Source: Barthelona sp. PCE (taxonomy: Eukaryota). Taken from it: a DNA stretch of 64,000 nucleotides. A program made the position numbers and the translations under genes. The stretch is taken from NCBI GenBank assembly GCA_040285745.1, contig JAUFOR010000006.1, forward strand, positions 372,001 to 436,000, written 5' to 3'. This document shows positions 20,151-30,761 of the stretch, one piece after another. How positions within the stretch are numbered: the first letter of the stretch is position 1; every line of letters starts with the position of its first letter. Below the pieces are notes generated by a model that had not been told where the DNA came from, did no database searches, and saw only the letters and a list, made by a program, of their open reading frames with translations.

Positions 20151-22463
20151 ATGTACGATTCTAGCGAGTTTCCATATTTAAACGTCGATAAAGAGCATAT
20201 CTTGATAAATCAGCTTCCGTATGGTGATTTGTTGTATTTGAACACTGCATCTTGTTTAATAGGTATAGACGACGACGTTAGCTTTGTTGGATTCAACTTT
20301 GACATGGAAGACAACTTCATAATTGTTAGAGGCTGGCTCATTTCTCCTACAATTGTTAAATGCATTTTATATTCGGATTGTGAGATGTATTTTGCAACTT
20401 TATTCCTCACCGAGGACAAAAAAGTGGAGGTTGTCGATCGGATAATGATCTACGAAAGCGAAAATACGATGTTCTTCAGCGCATCAAACGTTATCCATTG
20501 CACGTCTTTTGGATTTTATGCAATTCATGCATATGACAATATCACGATCATCAATGTCTTGTCAGACAACATAGAGTCTTTTGAGATTGAGAAAGGTCGG
20601 CCTTTTAACTGTGCTGTAACCGATCTTGATGGAGAGCTGGTTTGTGACTTGTTTTACATTGAAGCACATGGCGTTTCCATTGTGCGCTATGTATCAGGTG
20701 TCGTCCAGAGTACACAGTCATTTGATAGTGGAAAGTTCCTTCATTCCAACTACTATCTGCTGCAGTATTCTTATGTCACAGCAGAGTGCCTGTTGTTCAA
20801 CGATAATTTTGACTCAGTGGACAGTTCGTTTCTGCCCGAGAAGAGAGAGCCGTTTGCATTTGTTGAACGCTTTTTGTTTTATAGCGATGGTGTTTACAAT
20901 GTTGAAAATCATGATTTCATTGAGATTGATCTACGTCAGGTAACGAACGCTTGCCAGTACTCACTGAAGGCGACGGCCGAGGGAAAATTTCTGCTCTGGA
21001 CAATGAGCGGCCTGTGTCATCTGGATGTTTACGCAAGGACGAAGTGTGATATTTCTAACAGCGGAGTCAACAAGTTAAGCAGTGAGCTTGGGTGCGTTGA
21101 GAGAAGTGCGTTCAACCAAAAGGTTAAAGTATATTTGGCAATAAGGAATGATGCTTTTGTTTGTCATTTGCAGAATCCGCAACCTAGCACATGTGGATTT
21201 CGATACGAGGACGATCTTCTTGAGCTCACATACCCCACCAATCAGGGATTTATAAACCTGCTGGTGAACACAGACAATGAGATGGTTGTTCATAAGTATA
21301 AGCTGGAGAAACAGAAACCTGTCTTCGGGGGCTTCGGCTTTGGAGGCCTGGCAGGAAATTGTAAGGATTGCATGACTCGCGACGACGGTTCTAAAGTGTT
21401 GTCCATCAACCCCCTTATGATTATGAATAATGAGGGAAACGTACTAACTCGAGTCGACACTGTGTCTTTTGGGGCGTCACTGAAGAAAAACGATCTGATG
21501 AACTACATGGGGAATAATATACTCGTTGGAAATACACGCATAATGCAGAAGGATCTCATTGTGCTTCATATTTTGGATGAGAACAACAGTATTTCGGATA
21601 TAGAAATTCCATTCGACAAGAAATACAACAGTAACGACTTATTCATGAGTGGACAGAGCGTATGGTGCGCGGACAACAGCGTTCAGATGCATGAAACCGG
21701 TAGGATATACAACTTGCATCGTTTTAATTTGGAAGACGAAGATATATCTTTGATTAAATTGGATCTTACCCAGAAGGAGGAGATACCAACAACCACTATG
21801 GGTACAGGTTTAGGCGGCGGCACTATTTTTGCGTCAAACATGTTTCAGTGTATTCGGGTAGTTGCGGCAACGGACGTTGATTGTGTCATACAGTACGGTA
21901 CGCAATGGTTCCTTGTACACGAGGAGCTTGGTGAATTCTCCACGTGCAGGATACCAGTCACGATCGGCGAGGTGAACAACCATGTTATCTTTGATGATTT
22001 GATTATCTTTTTCGCCTATAATAAGATTGTAGTTTGCCACATCCCCGACATTGTTGAAAACGGGGAGTCAAGTGATATTGTCGAAATTGGAATAGCTGAT
22101 ATCGATGGATGTTCTAAGAGCACATACATAATTAACAGAATTCTCGATATGGAGAAGCAAGAGTTTTTACTGATTTGGAATCGTGAAGGAAGTATCGGCA
22201 TCACGTCTTTCGACCCTCACACACACACTTCCACTTTCATTTTGAATGTGTCAGAAGTCCTCAGCAGTGTGACGGATATTGTTGAATGCGTCGAACACGA
22301 TGTTGAAATCAACAAAATGGCGTATGGCCAGAAGTACCAAGAAGAACTGCGAGCTAATAGTGCATCGCTTTTCGGTGGTAGGTCAAATCAGTTCACCTTT
22401 GGCAAATCACTTTCTAATCCTTTTACGTCTCAGAAGCCGGAAAGAGTTAGTTTTCTGAAGTAA
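20151..22463 (+). CDS. Orphan beta-rich protein, probable family member 4, with Gly/Phe-rich insertions
   Basis: 770 codons; FILNVSEVLSSVTDIV resembles the family C-terminal motif; insertions VFGGFGFGG, GTGLGGG, SLFGGRSNQFTFG. Confidence 0.75.
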   Translation: MYDSSEFPYLNVDKEHILINQLPYGDLLYLNTASCLIGIDDDVSFVGFNFDMEDNFIIVRGWLISPTIVKCILYSDCEMYFATLFLTEDKKVEVVDRIMIYESENTMFFSASNVIHCTSFGFYAIHAYDNITIINVLSDNIESFEIEKGRPFNCAVTDLDGELVCDLFYIEAHGVSIVRYVSGVVQSTQSFDSGKFLHSNYYLLQYSYVTAECLLFNDNFDSVDSSFLPEKREPFAFVERFLFYSDGVYNVENHDFIEIDLRQVTNACQYSLKATAEGKFLLWTMSGLCHLDVYARTKCDISNSGVNKLSSELGCVERSAFNQKVKVYLAIRNDAFVCHLQNPQPSTCGFRYEDDLLELTYPTNQGFINLLVNTDNEMVVHKYKLEKQKPVFGGFGFGGLAGNCKDCMTRDDGSKVLSINPLMIMNNEGNVLTRVDTVSFGASLKKNDLMNYMGNNILVGNTRIMQKDLIVLHILDENNSISDIEIPFDKKYNSNDLFMSGQSVWCADNSVQMHETGRIYNLHRFNLEDEDISLIKLDLTQKEEIPTTTMGTGLGGGTIFASNMFQCIRVVAATDVDCVIQYGTQWFLVHEELGEFSTCRIPVTIGEVNNHVIFDDLIIFFAYNKIVVCHIPDIVENGESSDIVEIGIADIDGCSKSTYIINRILDMEKQEFLLIWNREGSIGITSFDPHTHTSTFILNVSEVLSSVTDIVECVEHDVEINKMAYGQKYQEELRANSASLFGGRSNQFTFGKSLSNPFTSQKPERVSFLK

Positions 22464-24033
22464 GCATTCTGAACAGCTCTTCATCAATGTTTTCCACACA
22501 GTAAAAATAAGGTTTGAGCACAGGTAACATTCGACCGCACCATCCACGCAACAACAACATCTTCTCTTCTGAAGATGTGCTCAAAGATGTAAGCGAGGGC
22601 TCAATCCATAATGTTGTCATCTCAAGCTTTCTCTGAAAGTGCTCAACGATGCTGGCTAGATGCTTCGACTTGAAGCAACTCAAGTAATGTGTGAATAGGT
22701 CAAGAACGAACCACAACAAGCGCATTTTGCCTTCGTTTTCCGTCTCTATGAATCCAATATCAATTGTCCACTCTTTTAATAGGCCAAAAAGACATTCAAA
22801 GAAAGAGTCAACTGTTTGAACATCCACATAAAGCAACCTTCGTTGCACAATCTTCATTTGGGATTCTAAAACTATCCCAACGAGATATGAATGATCAAAG
22901 GCCGCAGAACCAATAACCTGTGGAATATCGATAGTTTTAAGATGTGTTGTTCCTGGAAAACCAGCAGCACGCAGTTTAATCGAAATTATTTCAATTTCTT
23001 TCTCAACCCATTTTTTCCCAATACGTGTATCACTAAGGAAAGATATGATGCGCATTTCGTATTCTTTCTTTAGAAAATCTGCATTGTTTCTCACAAATTC
23101 AGCGATATGAATGTCAAAATCAATAAGATGCTCAATTGTTGCCGAGAAAACAACAGAATCAGTAATTCTGTTCAGGAGAACAGCGCTTTTTTCGCATATT
23201 GCGTCATAGTATCGCTCAAAAAATTCATCAAAAAGTGCTAAGCAGTTTGCAGCCTGAGCAATTTTTGCGACACTAGAGATCACACTTAAACTATCCATAG
23301 CAAACAATTCAATACACCTCACGTCACTCGTCATGTTTTCATTCATAAAGTGGTACAGAAATCGGTTTATAAGAGGATCAATGAATGAAGAGTATCTCTT
23401 GCGGAATGCAGTCTGATATTCACAGTACTTGATAAGACCTGCGATGAACTCTTTGTACATATCGCTATTTGCCAGCAGCTCATCATTCACAATCGGACGC
23501 AAGTCCCACTTAATCGTCTCCATAGAATTTGAAAGCTGTGTTGTATAGATCTGTTGTATTTTATATCGTTTCTGCTCTAACATAAACGACAGATGGTCTC
23601 TTAAATCGCTCATATGAAAGCTATCTAGTGCTTCTTCGCAACGCTTGAAGTCCAAGAATAAGGAATCAAGTGGAGCAGAGGTTGTAATGTCAGTTATCAG
23701 TTTTGATACACGCTTACCCTCAATTAGTTCCAATTCTTTCGCACGAAAAGCAATCAATTTATCGACTACATCGGTTCCATCAACGTTATTTATAAAATCG
23801 TTGTGTTCTTTGAGTAGAGAAAAATCTAACAACCTCAGAGATGCATTTTCATCGATTTTATCAATGATTGCTTGAGTGCTCTCCCGTAAAAGTTCCACAG
23901 TTGTGGAAAAATCGCTTTGTAAACGAACAGTACGCTGTTTTTCGTTCACAAGCTTCTCATTAATTTCATTTCTGAGAGTGTTGAGATCATCGTAGCACTC
24001 CATTACCCGGAAAAACTCATCGTGCCAACTCAT
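22447..24033 (-). CDS. RINT1: RINT1/Tip20-like subunit of the Dsl1/NRZ tethering complex
   Basis: N-terminal coiled coil; PLINRFLYHFMNENMTS matches the RF.YHF....TN signature; HLIDFD and W...E helices. ATG 24033. Confidence 0.65.
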   Translation of the reverse strand: MSWHDEFFRVMECYDDLNTLRNEINEKLVNEKQRTVRLQSDFSTTVELLRESTQAIIDKIDENASLRLLDFSLLKEHNDFINNVDGTDVVDKLIAFRAKELELIEGKRVSKLITDITTSAPLDSLFLDFKRCEEALDSFHMSDLRDHLSFMLEQKRYKIQQIYTTQLSNSMETIKWDLRPIVNDELLANSDMYKEFIAGLIKYCEYQTAFRKRYSSFIDPLINRFLYHFMNENMTSDVRCIELFAMDSLSVISSVAKIAQAANCLALFDEFFERYYDAICEKSAVLLNRITDSVVFSATIEHLIDFDIHIAEFVRNNADFLKKEYEMRIISFLSDTRIGKKWVEKEIEIISIKLRAAGFPGTTHLKTIDIPQVIGSAAFDHSYLVGIVLESQMKIVQRRLLYVDVQTVDSFFECLFGLLKEWTIDIGFIETENEGKMRLLWFVLDLFTHYLSCFKSKHLASIVEHFQRKLEMTTLWIEPSLTSLSTSSEEKMLLLRGWCGRMLPVLKPYFYCVENIDEELFRMLTSEN

Positions 24034-24260
24034 AAAAATCCCTGTTTGATGAAGTAGTGAAATTGCAAAACAAAGTTTTAATTTGTTCTTTAAGTATTTA
24101 TTTAACTGATGACACGAAGCCAATGTAATGCTTTAAGCGCTTTTTATTTGTCAAATGTAATGTATCTACCTTGTACCAGGTTTAAAAGTTTTCACCCCTT
24201 ATCATTACGTAAGGTGGGCAACATTCGCAATTGACGCAGCTCCTTTCATTACACAAACAA

Positions 24261-25280
24261 ATGCCCGTTCATAAAGGAAAGAACGAGTATAAGCGACTTG
24301 AACAACCGATTAGCAGTCTTCAACTGAACCTTAAGCGACCCGCAAGGGATCCAAAGGCAATCGGACTTATTTTTTTTGTTCTCATGTTGATTTTGGGGTT
24401 CATAATTCTATTTTCAAAGATTCGCCCTGCTGTATGCAGTAATGTAATCATGTTGAATACTACACTTATCGAAATGGACATCAGCCAGATTGATAACATT
24501 TCGATTTCGGTCAATCTCCTGGACTTCGAGTTTGTTGTTGACGAGTCTTTGGACCCAACGAAGTTCAAGATCGTTTTGATCGAGAAGAACGTCCAAAACC
24601 CCTCGGACATGCCACACCTTATCATCGAGCGTAATATAGAGGAGAAGCTTCTGCATATCCACAACATAGATCCTGAGAATGATCGGCATCCTTGCCGCAC
24701 AGCAGCCCTGACTGTGCATGTCCCTTCGAATTGGGATGGCAGTGGTGCTTACAAGAACTATATATTCCGCAACTTCTCTATTGATGCCGTTACGGTTTCT
24801 AACGATGGTCTTGATATTGGTAATTGGACAAACACAAAGCTTGGAATCAAGTACCTGTGGATAAACGCGGAGGGATCAACAGTTACCGGAGACCATATCC
24901 GAGTGGCACATATGCGCGTAGAGGGCGGTGTTTCGATTAATAGAATTGAGTGCGTTGGTGATTCTATTCGTGAAATACAAATTCAGGCGTATAAGAACGA
25001 TCACTTTATTGGCAACGTCTCACGGTGCGCTGTTGACGCAAGCACATCTTTGGGCAGCGTGGTACTGGGCGTTAACAGCGAGTGGACGGGGTCGTTTGAT
25101 ATTGAAAGCGTGAAGGGTCTCGTGTGGATAGAGCGATTTGATCCATATGTGCATCTTGACTCTAGGTATATACACAATTCTCATCACAAACGGGGATACA
25201 TACGTAAGAATGCCGTACAGAACATAGTGATACATTCAGGCGGTGAAGGTCAGGTAACGCTTTTCCGTAACGATTTTTAG
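24261..25280 (+). CDS. Type II membrane protein with adhesin/DUF4097-like beta-strand repeats
   Basis: Single TM (IGLIFFVLMLILGFIILF); LTVHVP, ASTSLGSV, GSFDIESVKGLV repeats. First ATG 24261. Confidence 0.6.
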   Translation: MPVHKGKNEYKRLEQPISSLQLNLKRPARDPKAIGLIFFVLMLILGFIILFSKIRPAVCSNVIMLNTTLIEMDISQIDNISISVNLLDFEFVVDESLDPTKFKIVLIEKNVQNPSDMPHLIIERNIEEKLLHIHNIDPENDRHPCRTAALTVHVPSNWDGSGAYKNYIFRNFSIDAVTVSNDGLDIGNWTNTKLGIKYLWINAEGSTVTGDHIRVAHMRVEGGVSINRIECVGDSIREIQIQAYKNDHFIGNVSRCAVDASTSLGSVVLGVNSEWTGSFDIESVKGLVWIERFDPYVHLDSRYIHNSHHKRGYIRKNAVQNIVIHSGGEGQVTLFRNDF

Positions 25281-26791
25281 CGAATGCGAACATGATATAT
25301 GTTAGGTTTATCCTCTTCCTCTTTGGGATTTTCCTTTGAATTCCCGTCGAGAACGAAAGGAGACATAAGACTTCGGTGACTAACTGTAAGCTCGCTAGGG
25401 GTATAACCGCTGAACGTACTACCAGTAGGGATGATGTTCCTTTGCAACTTTCTGATAAAGTTTGTTGATGCTACGCTACTGTTAAAGTTTGAGAAGCTTG
25501 TTTCAGATTGCGATTTCTGTATTTGACGCTTTTGAATTTTTTGAGGAATTTTTTGAGGATTTTGGGTTTCATTGTTGAAGACCTCATAGTAAAGAAAGAA
25601 AAAACATCTGTATATGTTGATAGCAAAGCGATAGATATAGACCATAAACAGAGAAAACACAATGAAGCTCACTGCGTGATGAAGTTGTGTCGATTGGGAG
25701 AGCAACAGCACCGGTCCCGAGAGAACAACTGTGTATACAAACTGATTTGCTTCGACAAATACCCACGGTATGTCATACTTGTACGCAAAATTTAGCAGTC
25801 TTGGCAATGGGCTCTTGTGTGTCGTTGCGTAAAGTATGCTGATTGTTGTGAATAGGAGCACGCCAAGCGCTTCATTTAAAGGAACGTAACATATGAGGAG
25901 TGTAACCAGCAGGTACATGAAGTTCATAAATTCTGTCATAATAACGGTGGAATGAGAACAAAGGCGGGTGTTGTTCCACAGCGCTGAACCTGGTAGAAAA
26001 CGCTGGAATCTGATGCAACATAATAGAAGGTACAGCGTAGATACCATGAACTTATCTCCATCGTTCCGAAAGTCACGAAACACAAATAGTTTTAGGAAAA
26101 AGGTGGCAGTTCCAACTACAATAGGGATAAATGTAAAATCAACGAAAAGTTCACCCAAGTTATTGTTTGAATGTTTAAACTTCTTCGTTTTTTTGAATAT
26201 TAAAATGATAAAAATAAAAAAGAGAAGGAGGAAAAAGAAGAAAAAAAAATCGTTAATGAAGAACTCCTTAGATTGGTATTGGAAACAACTCAACCAATTA
26301 CCCAATAACCAGTCAAAAGCTGAAAATTTCAAAACGTAAATAAGTGTATCGAAAACTTTGGGAAAAACTCCAAATCGTTCTATAAGATGTAAAAACAACT
26401 GTGCATGCATGTACGCGTATGTTAAGAAGTAACTGAGCGATGCTTTTGTGAATAGAAAGTCTATAATCCAAAACGTTAGCACTGCAAGAAAAAGAGTCAC
26501 AGCAATAAAGACTTGAACAACAACAATCCACCCAGTTGGGCAGCGCACACATGCTGCACCCTGAGAAAACTCATATTTCCCACAACTCATGTCAATTCCA
26601 AAAACTGAGGAATTTCTCTTCACAAGATCAACTTTGAGATGTTTCTCTCCATGAGCGTAGCAGTTGCATGACTGCACATCTATTGAGCTGTCACTTACGT
26701 TCGGAATAATGTAAGAATGTTGAGAATCGAAGCTTGTGAAACATATACCCAGTGTTAGTAATGATGTGAGAAGAAAAAGAAGACGAAGCAT
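25277..26791 (-). CDS. Multi-pass membrane protein with signal peptide and Cys-rich ectodomain
   Basis: Signal peptide; CNC..., CGKY...ACVRCPTG; several TM helices; Ser-rich cytosolic tail. Confidence 0.7.
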   Translation of the reverse strand: MLRLLFLLTSLLTLGICFTSFDSQHSYIIPNVSDSSIDVQSCNCYAHGEKHLKVDLVKRNSSVFGIDMSCGKYEFSQGAACVRCPTGWIVVVQVFIAVTLFLAVLTFWIIDFLFTKASLSYFLTYAYMHAQLFLHLIERFGVFPKVFDTLIYVLKFSAFDWLLGNWLSCFQYQSKEFFINDFFFFFFLLLFFIFIILIFKKTKKFKHSNNNLGELFVDFTFIPIVVGTATFFLKLFVFRDFRNDGDKFMVSTLYLLLCCIRFQRFLPGSALWNNTRLCSHSTVIMTEFMNFMYLLVTLLICYVPLNEALGVLLFTTISILYATTHKSPLPRLLNFAYKYDIPWVFVEANQFVYTVVLSGPVLLLSQSTQLHHAVSFIVFSLFMVYIYRFAINIYRCFFFLYYEVFNNETQNPQKIPQKIQKRQIQKSQSETSFSNFNSSVASTNFIRKLQRNIIPTGSTFSGYTPSELTVSHRSLMSPFVLDGNSKENPKEEEDKPNIYHVRIR

Positions 26792-26887
26792 CTAGCCACT
26801 CAGCGTTCACTGAGTTAAGAATGGTTGATAAAAGACTGTTTACCGTTAACGTTTTGTTACTCCATTTCATTCAATTTGATTTTGTTG

Positions 26888-27490
26888 ATGACTATGAGTG
26901 ATCATGATGGGCTTGAGCCAAAGCAATTCTGGGAGAAAGACATTGAAGAAATACGTGTTTACGTTCCAATATTGTTAAATATTGTACAAGATGGTTGTGT
27001 GTTGAATGATCGTATTTTGTGGGATGCCCGTGATAACTCTTTAACAGTTGACGTGTTTTCGCGCATCACATGTTTGGATTTAGGGCTTCCAGATTCATTT
27101 ATTCCAGAGATTGAGGAATCTATGAACTCTCAGGTTGAAAAAGCAAAGGAACTTATGAGGGAAATTGATAGCACGAAGCCTCATGTTGTGCCAATCTTTT
27201 TAGATTTATCCGTTGGTTCAATTCGTTATCGTGATCAGTTTTTATTTAATTTGAGTGATAAAATTTGTCAGCCGTCAAAATTCGCAGACCTGCTTGTTGC
27301 AGAGATGTCTCTCCCTGTTGATTTTGCACCTTTAATCACATGGGAAATCTGGTATCAAGCAATTCAAAAGCCTCCGAATGTTGGTGATTGGAAAGCTCAG
27401 TTTAGAAATGCAGAACAGATCAAGCACTGGTCTCCGTATATGGAGAGTACACTCACAGAGGATTCAAAGAACATTATTGTTGGTGATTGA
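26888..27490 (+). CDS. SNF5: SNF5/SMARCB1/Sfh1-family chromatin-remodelling subunit
   Basis: Two SNF5 repeats: VPILLNI...LNDRILWD...FSRITCLDLGLP..FIPEI..SM..QV and VPIFLDLSVG..RYRDQFLFNL...P..FA..LVAEMSLP.DF...I. Confidence 0.85.
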   Translation: MTMSDHDGLEPKQFWEKDIEEIRVYVPILLNIVQDGCVLNDRILWDARDNSLTVDVFSRITCLDLGLPDSFIPEIEESMNSQVEKAKELMREIDSTKPHVVPIFLDLSVGSIRYRDQFLFNLSDKICQPSKFADLLVAEMSLPVDFAPLITWEIWYQAIQKPPNVGDWKAQFRNAEQIKHWSPYMESTLTEDSKNIIVGD

Positions 27491-28181
27491 TTTCGATGCA
27501 TTTGCAGCTTTGTAAGGTGCGACGAAATATGCAAGATACTGTGCCAAAATATGAGGAAAAATATTATTTAGCAAGTTTCTTCCCTCTTTATTGACATATT
27601 TCCGTTAAAAAACATTGTAGAAGGTAAAAAACAATAATGGATAAATTTTCTGCAAAGAGTAAATGATCTTCAACTGCTTTTTTTACATCACAGATTCTTC
27701 ATTCTCATGTCCATTTCGGATAGAAATCGTAAAAAGTTTTCGCAGAAATATAAACAATGACGATATATATATTTTTCTAAAGGAATTTTCTTGTGCTCAT
27801 TTTCTTGGATTTTGGGGAATCAACTCTTGACAATGGGGGTAATTTACAGAATGGAGGGGCATGGCCCTAGTCATATGCCATACACGACATCTATGCTTGA
27901 TATTTGGCATTTTTTGAGATTTGTTTCTAAAAAGTATGTATATTCTAGTAAAAATGACGTGAAATGGTTAAGTACTTCAGTTCTGCTGAATAAAATTCGA
28001 TGAATTTCTCAGGAATTTGTTGTTGAGCTTCTGTAACTCAATTCCTTTTCTAACCTCTTTTGTTTTTGTATGTAACAAAGATTGAAATGTTAACATGTTC
28101 TCCTAAAGAAAGATAGAATCGATGAAATTACAGTTATATGTCGATTTAGTTCAATGTCTTTTCACAAACATCTTTCTAACT

Positions 28182-28264
28182 TTGACAACTCGTCATTGAT
28201 GATCATCCCCAATATCAACGTTGGTGGGTGGATGCAAGCGATGACAATATTGTTGAGATGTCAA
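28182..28264 (+). other. Long RNA hairpin upstream of PFL
   Basis: TTGACA/TGTCAA, CTC/GAG, GTCATTG/CGATGAC, CATCC/GGATG and apical TATCA/TGGTG pairings. Confidence 0.45.
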
Positions 28265-28411
28265 GATTTTGTATTTTTGTGAAATTTCTTAAATATTTTT
28301 TACTTTCTTTGCACTGTCTATTGACTTTGAACAAGCTTTACAGGCTGTAGACCAGTCAGGAGCAACTGTTTACATTTTTTATGTTGTTTTTTCTTATATT
28401 TAGTTATTCAA

Positions 28412-30649
28412 ATGGAGAACGGTAATCTTAACATTAACCACGCCAGCGTCAAATCCTACATCGAAGAGAACTGTACGTTCTACGATGGTGACGCTTCTTT
28501 CCTTGCCGGTGCCACCGAGCGTACTGTCGCTCTTTGGGACAAGATCAAGGACCTCCTTGTTGAAGAGATCAAGAACGGTGTTCTTGATGTCGACACTTCC
28601 ACAGTTTCTGATATCGATGCTTTCCAAGCTGGTTACATCGAGAAGGACATTGAGACCATTGTTGGTCTTCAGGCCGATGCCCCCCTTAAGCGTACCCTTA
28701 AGCCTTACGGTGGTCTTCGTGTCGTCCAAGCCGCTGCCAAGGCTTACGGTTACACACTCGATGCTAAAGTTGAAGAGATCTTTGACAAGTACGTTATCAC
28801 CCACAACGATGGTTGTTTCGCCATGTACGATCCTGAGATCCGTGCCTGTCGTACTACTGGTATCCTTACTGGTCTTCCCGATGCCTACTCTCGTGGCCGT
28901 ATCATAGGTGATACTCGTCGTGTCGCCCTTTACGGTGTTGATGCTCTTATTGCCCAAAAGCAATGGGATAAGCACAACCTCATGCCCATCTCTATGGATG
29001 AGGCTGACATGCGTCTTTCCAAGGAGATCATGTTCCAGATCAAGGCTCTCAAGCAACTTAAGAACATGGCTGCCAGTTACGGTTTCGATATTTCTCGTCC
29101 CGCTGAGACTGCCGCTGAAGCCATTCAGTGGTCCTACTTCGGTTACCTCGCTGCCATCAAGCAGTCCGATGGTGCCGCTATGTCATACGGTCGTGTTTCC
29201 CGTTTCTTCGATATCTACATTGAGAAGGATATGAAGGAAGGCCGCCTTACTGAGGAGCAGGCTCAAGAGCTCATTGACCACTGGGTTATGAAGCTTCGTC
29301 TTGTCCGTCACCTCCGTACTCCCGCTTACAACGAGCTCTTTGCTGGTGATCCCACATGGGTTACCCTTGTCCTCGGTGGTTGTCTCGAGAACGGTGATAA
29401 CGGTGTCTGTAAGACTGATTTCCGTATCCTCCAGTCTTTCTACAACATGGGTCCTGCCCCCGAGCCCAACATTACTATCTGTTGGAACACTGAGGGCCGT
29501 ATGTCTGAGCACTTCAAGACTTTCTGTGCTAAGGTTTCTGTCGAGACTTCTTGTATTCAGTACGAGAACGATCAGCTCATGCAGGAGGCCGGTTACGGTT
29601 GCGATTATGGTATCGCCTGTTGTGTCTCTGCCATGAAGATGGGTGAGCAGATGCAGTTCTTCGGTGCCCGTTTCAACGCTGTCAAGCTTCTCCTTTTCGC
29701 CTTCAACGGTGGTAAGGATGAGATCAAGAACAAGCAAGTCGGTCCCGTCTACCCCGTTTTGGAGACCACCGATTACGATGTCGTCATGGAGCGTTACATG
29801 CTCTACCTTGACTGGTTGGCTGAGGTCTACGTTCGTACCATGAACATGATCCACTACTCCCACGATACTTACTTCTACGAGTCCCTTCAACTCGGTCTGC
29901 ACGATACTTTCGTCCACCGTTTCATGGCTTTCGGTGCTGCTGGTGTTTCCACCGTTGCTGATGCCTTCTCTGCCATGAAGTACGCTAAGGTTTCCATCGA
30001 GCGCGATCCCGAGACTGGTCTCACCACCGGTTTCCCTATTGAGGGTGATTACCCTAAGTTCGGTAACGATGATGATCGTGTTGATTCCATTTACTGTTTC
30101 ATTGTTGATGAGATCACTCGCAAGCTCCGTCGTCACAAGACTTACAGAGATGCTGAGCACTCACTTTCCCTCCTCACCATTACTTCCAACGTCGTTTACG
30201 GTACCAAGACTGGTGCTTGTCCCGGCCGTGGTGCTGGTGTACCTTTCGCTCCTGGTGCTTCCCCCGTTCACGGTGCTCCCGTCAACGGTGCTTTCGCCGA
30301 GCTCAACTCTCTCGCCAAGATCTCTTACGATTCTTGCCGTGATGGTATCTCACACACAGCTGGTTTCTCCACTAGTTCCCTTGGTAAGACTACTGAGGAG
30401 CGCATTGAGAACCTCAAGATCCTTCTCGAAGGTTTCTTCTCCAAGAGGGTTCACAACGGTAAGCGCCAAATGGGTTTCCACGTTAACGTTAACGTTTTCG
30501 ACAGAGAGATTCTCGAGGATGCCATGGCTCACCCCGAGAAGTACCCTGCTCTGACTATCAGAGTTTCTGGTTACGCTATCCTCTTCATTCGTTTGGATGA
30601 GGCCAAGCAACGCGAGGTTATTGCTCGTACCATCCACTCACAGATGTAA
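28412..30649 (+). CDS. pflB: Pyruvate formate-lyase (formate C-acetyltransferase, glycyl-radical enzyme)
   Basis: [33 protein letters not shown], catalytic [23 protein letters not shown], glycyl loop [12 protein letters not shown]. Strong C/T third-position bias suggests high expression. Confidence 0.97.
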   Translation: MENGNLNINHASVKSYIEENCTFYDGDASFLAGATERTVALWDKIKDLLVEEIKNGVLDVDTSTVSDIDAFQAGYIEKDIETIVGLQADAPLKRTLKPYGGLRVVQAAAKAYGYTLDAKVEEIFDKYVITHNDGCFAMYDPEIRACRTTGILTGLPDAYSRGRIIGDTRRVALYGVDALIAQKQWDKHNLMPISMDEADMRLSKEIMFQIKALKQLKNMAASYGFDISRPAETAAEAIQWSYFGYLAAIKQSDGAAMSYGRVSRFFDIYIEKDMKEGRLTEEQAQELIDHWVMKLRLVRHLRTPAYNELFAGDPTWVTLVLGGCLENGDNGVCKTDFRILQSFYNMGPAPEPNITICWNTEGRMSEHFKTFCAKVSVETSCIQYENDQLMQEAGYGCDYGIACCVSAMKMGEQMQFFGARFNAVKLLLFAFNGGKDEIKNKQVGPVYPVLETTDYDVVMERYMLYLDWLAEVYVRTMNMIHYSHDTYFYESLQLGLHDTFVHRFMAFGAAGVSTVADAFSAMKYAKVSIERDPETGLTTGFPIEGDYPKFGNDDDRVDSIYCFIVDEITRKLRRHKTYRDAEHSLSLLTITSNVVYGTKTGACPGRGAGVPFAPGASPVHGAPVNGAFAELNSLAKISYDSCRDGISHTAGFSTSSLGKTTEERIENLKILLEGFFSKRVHNGKRQMGFHVNVNVFDREILEDAMAHPEKYPALTIRVSGYAILFIRLDEAKQREVIARTIHSQM

Positions 30650-30761
30650 TGCCAATAAAATCTTTCCTGTACAGATTAGAACTTAGTAAAAGAAAAAAAA
30701 TGAAATTTTGTTCTTATTGTTCAGTTCTGTTAAAGCTTCCGCAAAAAAAGTTAATTTTCTT

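Noticed and set aside
28182-28264. ZTP ('pfl') or TPP riboswitch upstream of PFL
   Set aside because: Lacks the GACUGGCG/CGCCUGGGC pseudoknot elements of ZTP and the CUGAGA/ACCUGA elements of TPP.
28400-30637. Long antisense and alternative-frame ORFs over PFL (e.g. 29183-30160 -, 28400-29056 -); likewise 45445-45978 - over RPS13 and the antisense ORFs over the repeat genes
   Set aside because: Expected by-products of strong codon bias and tandem repeats; no recognisable protein motifs.
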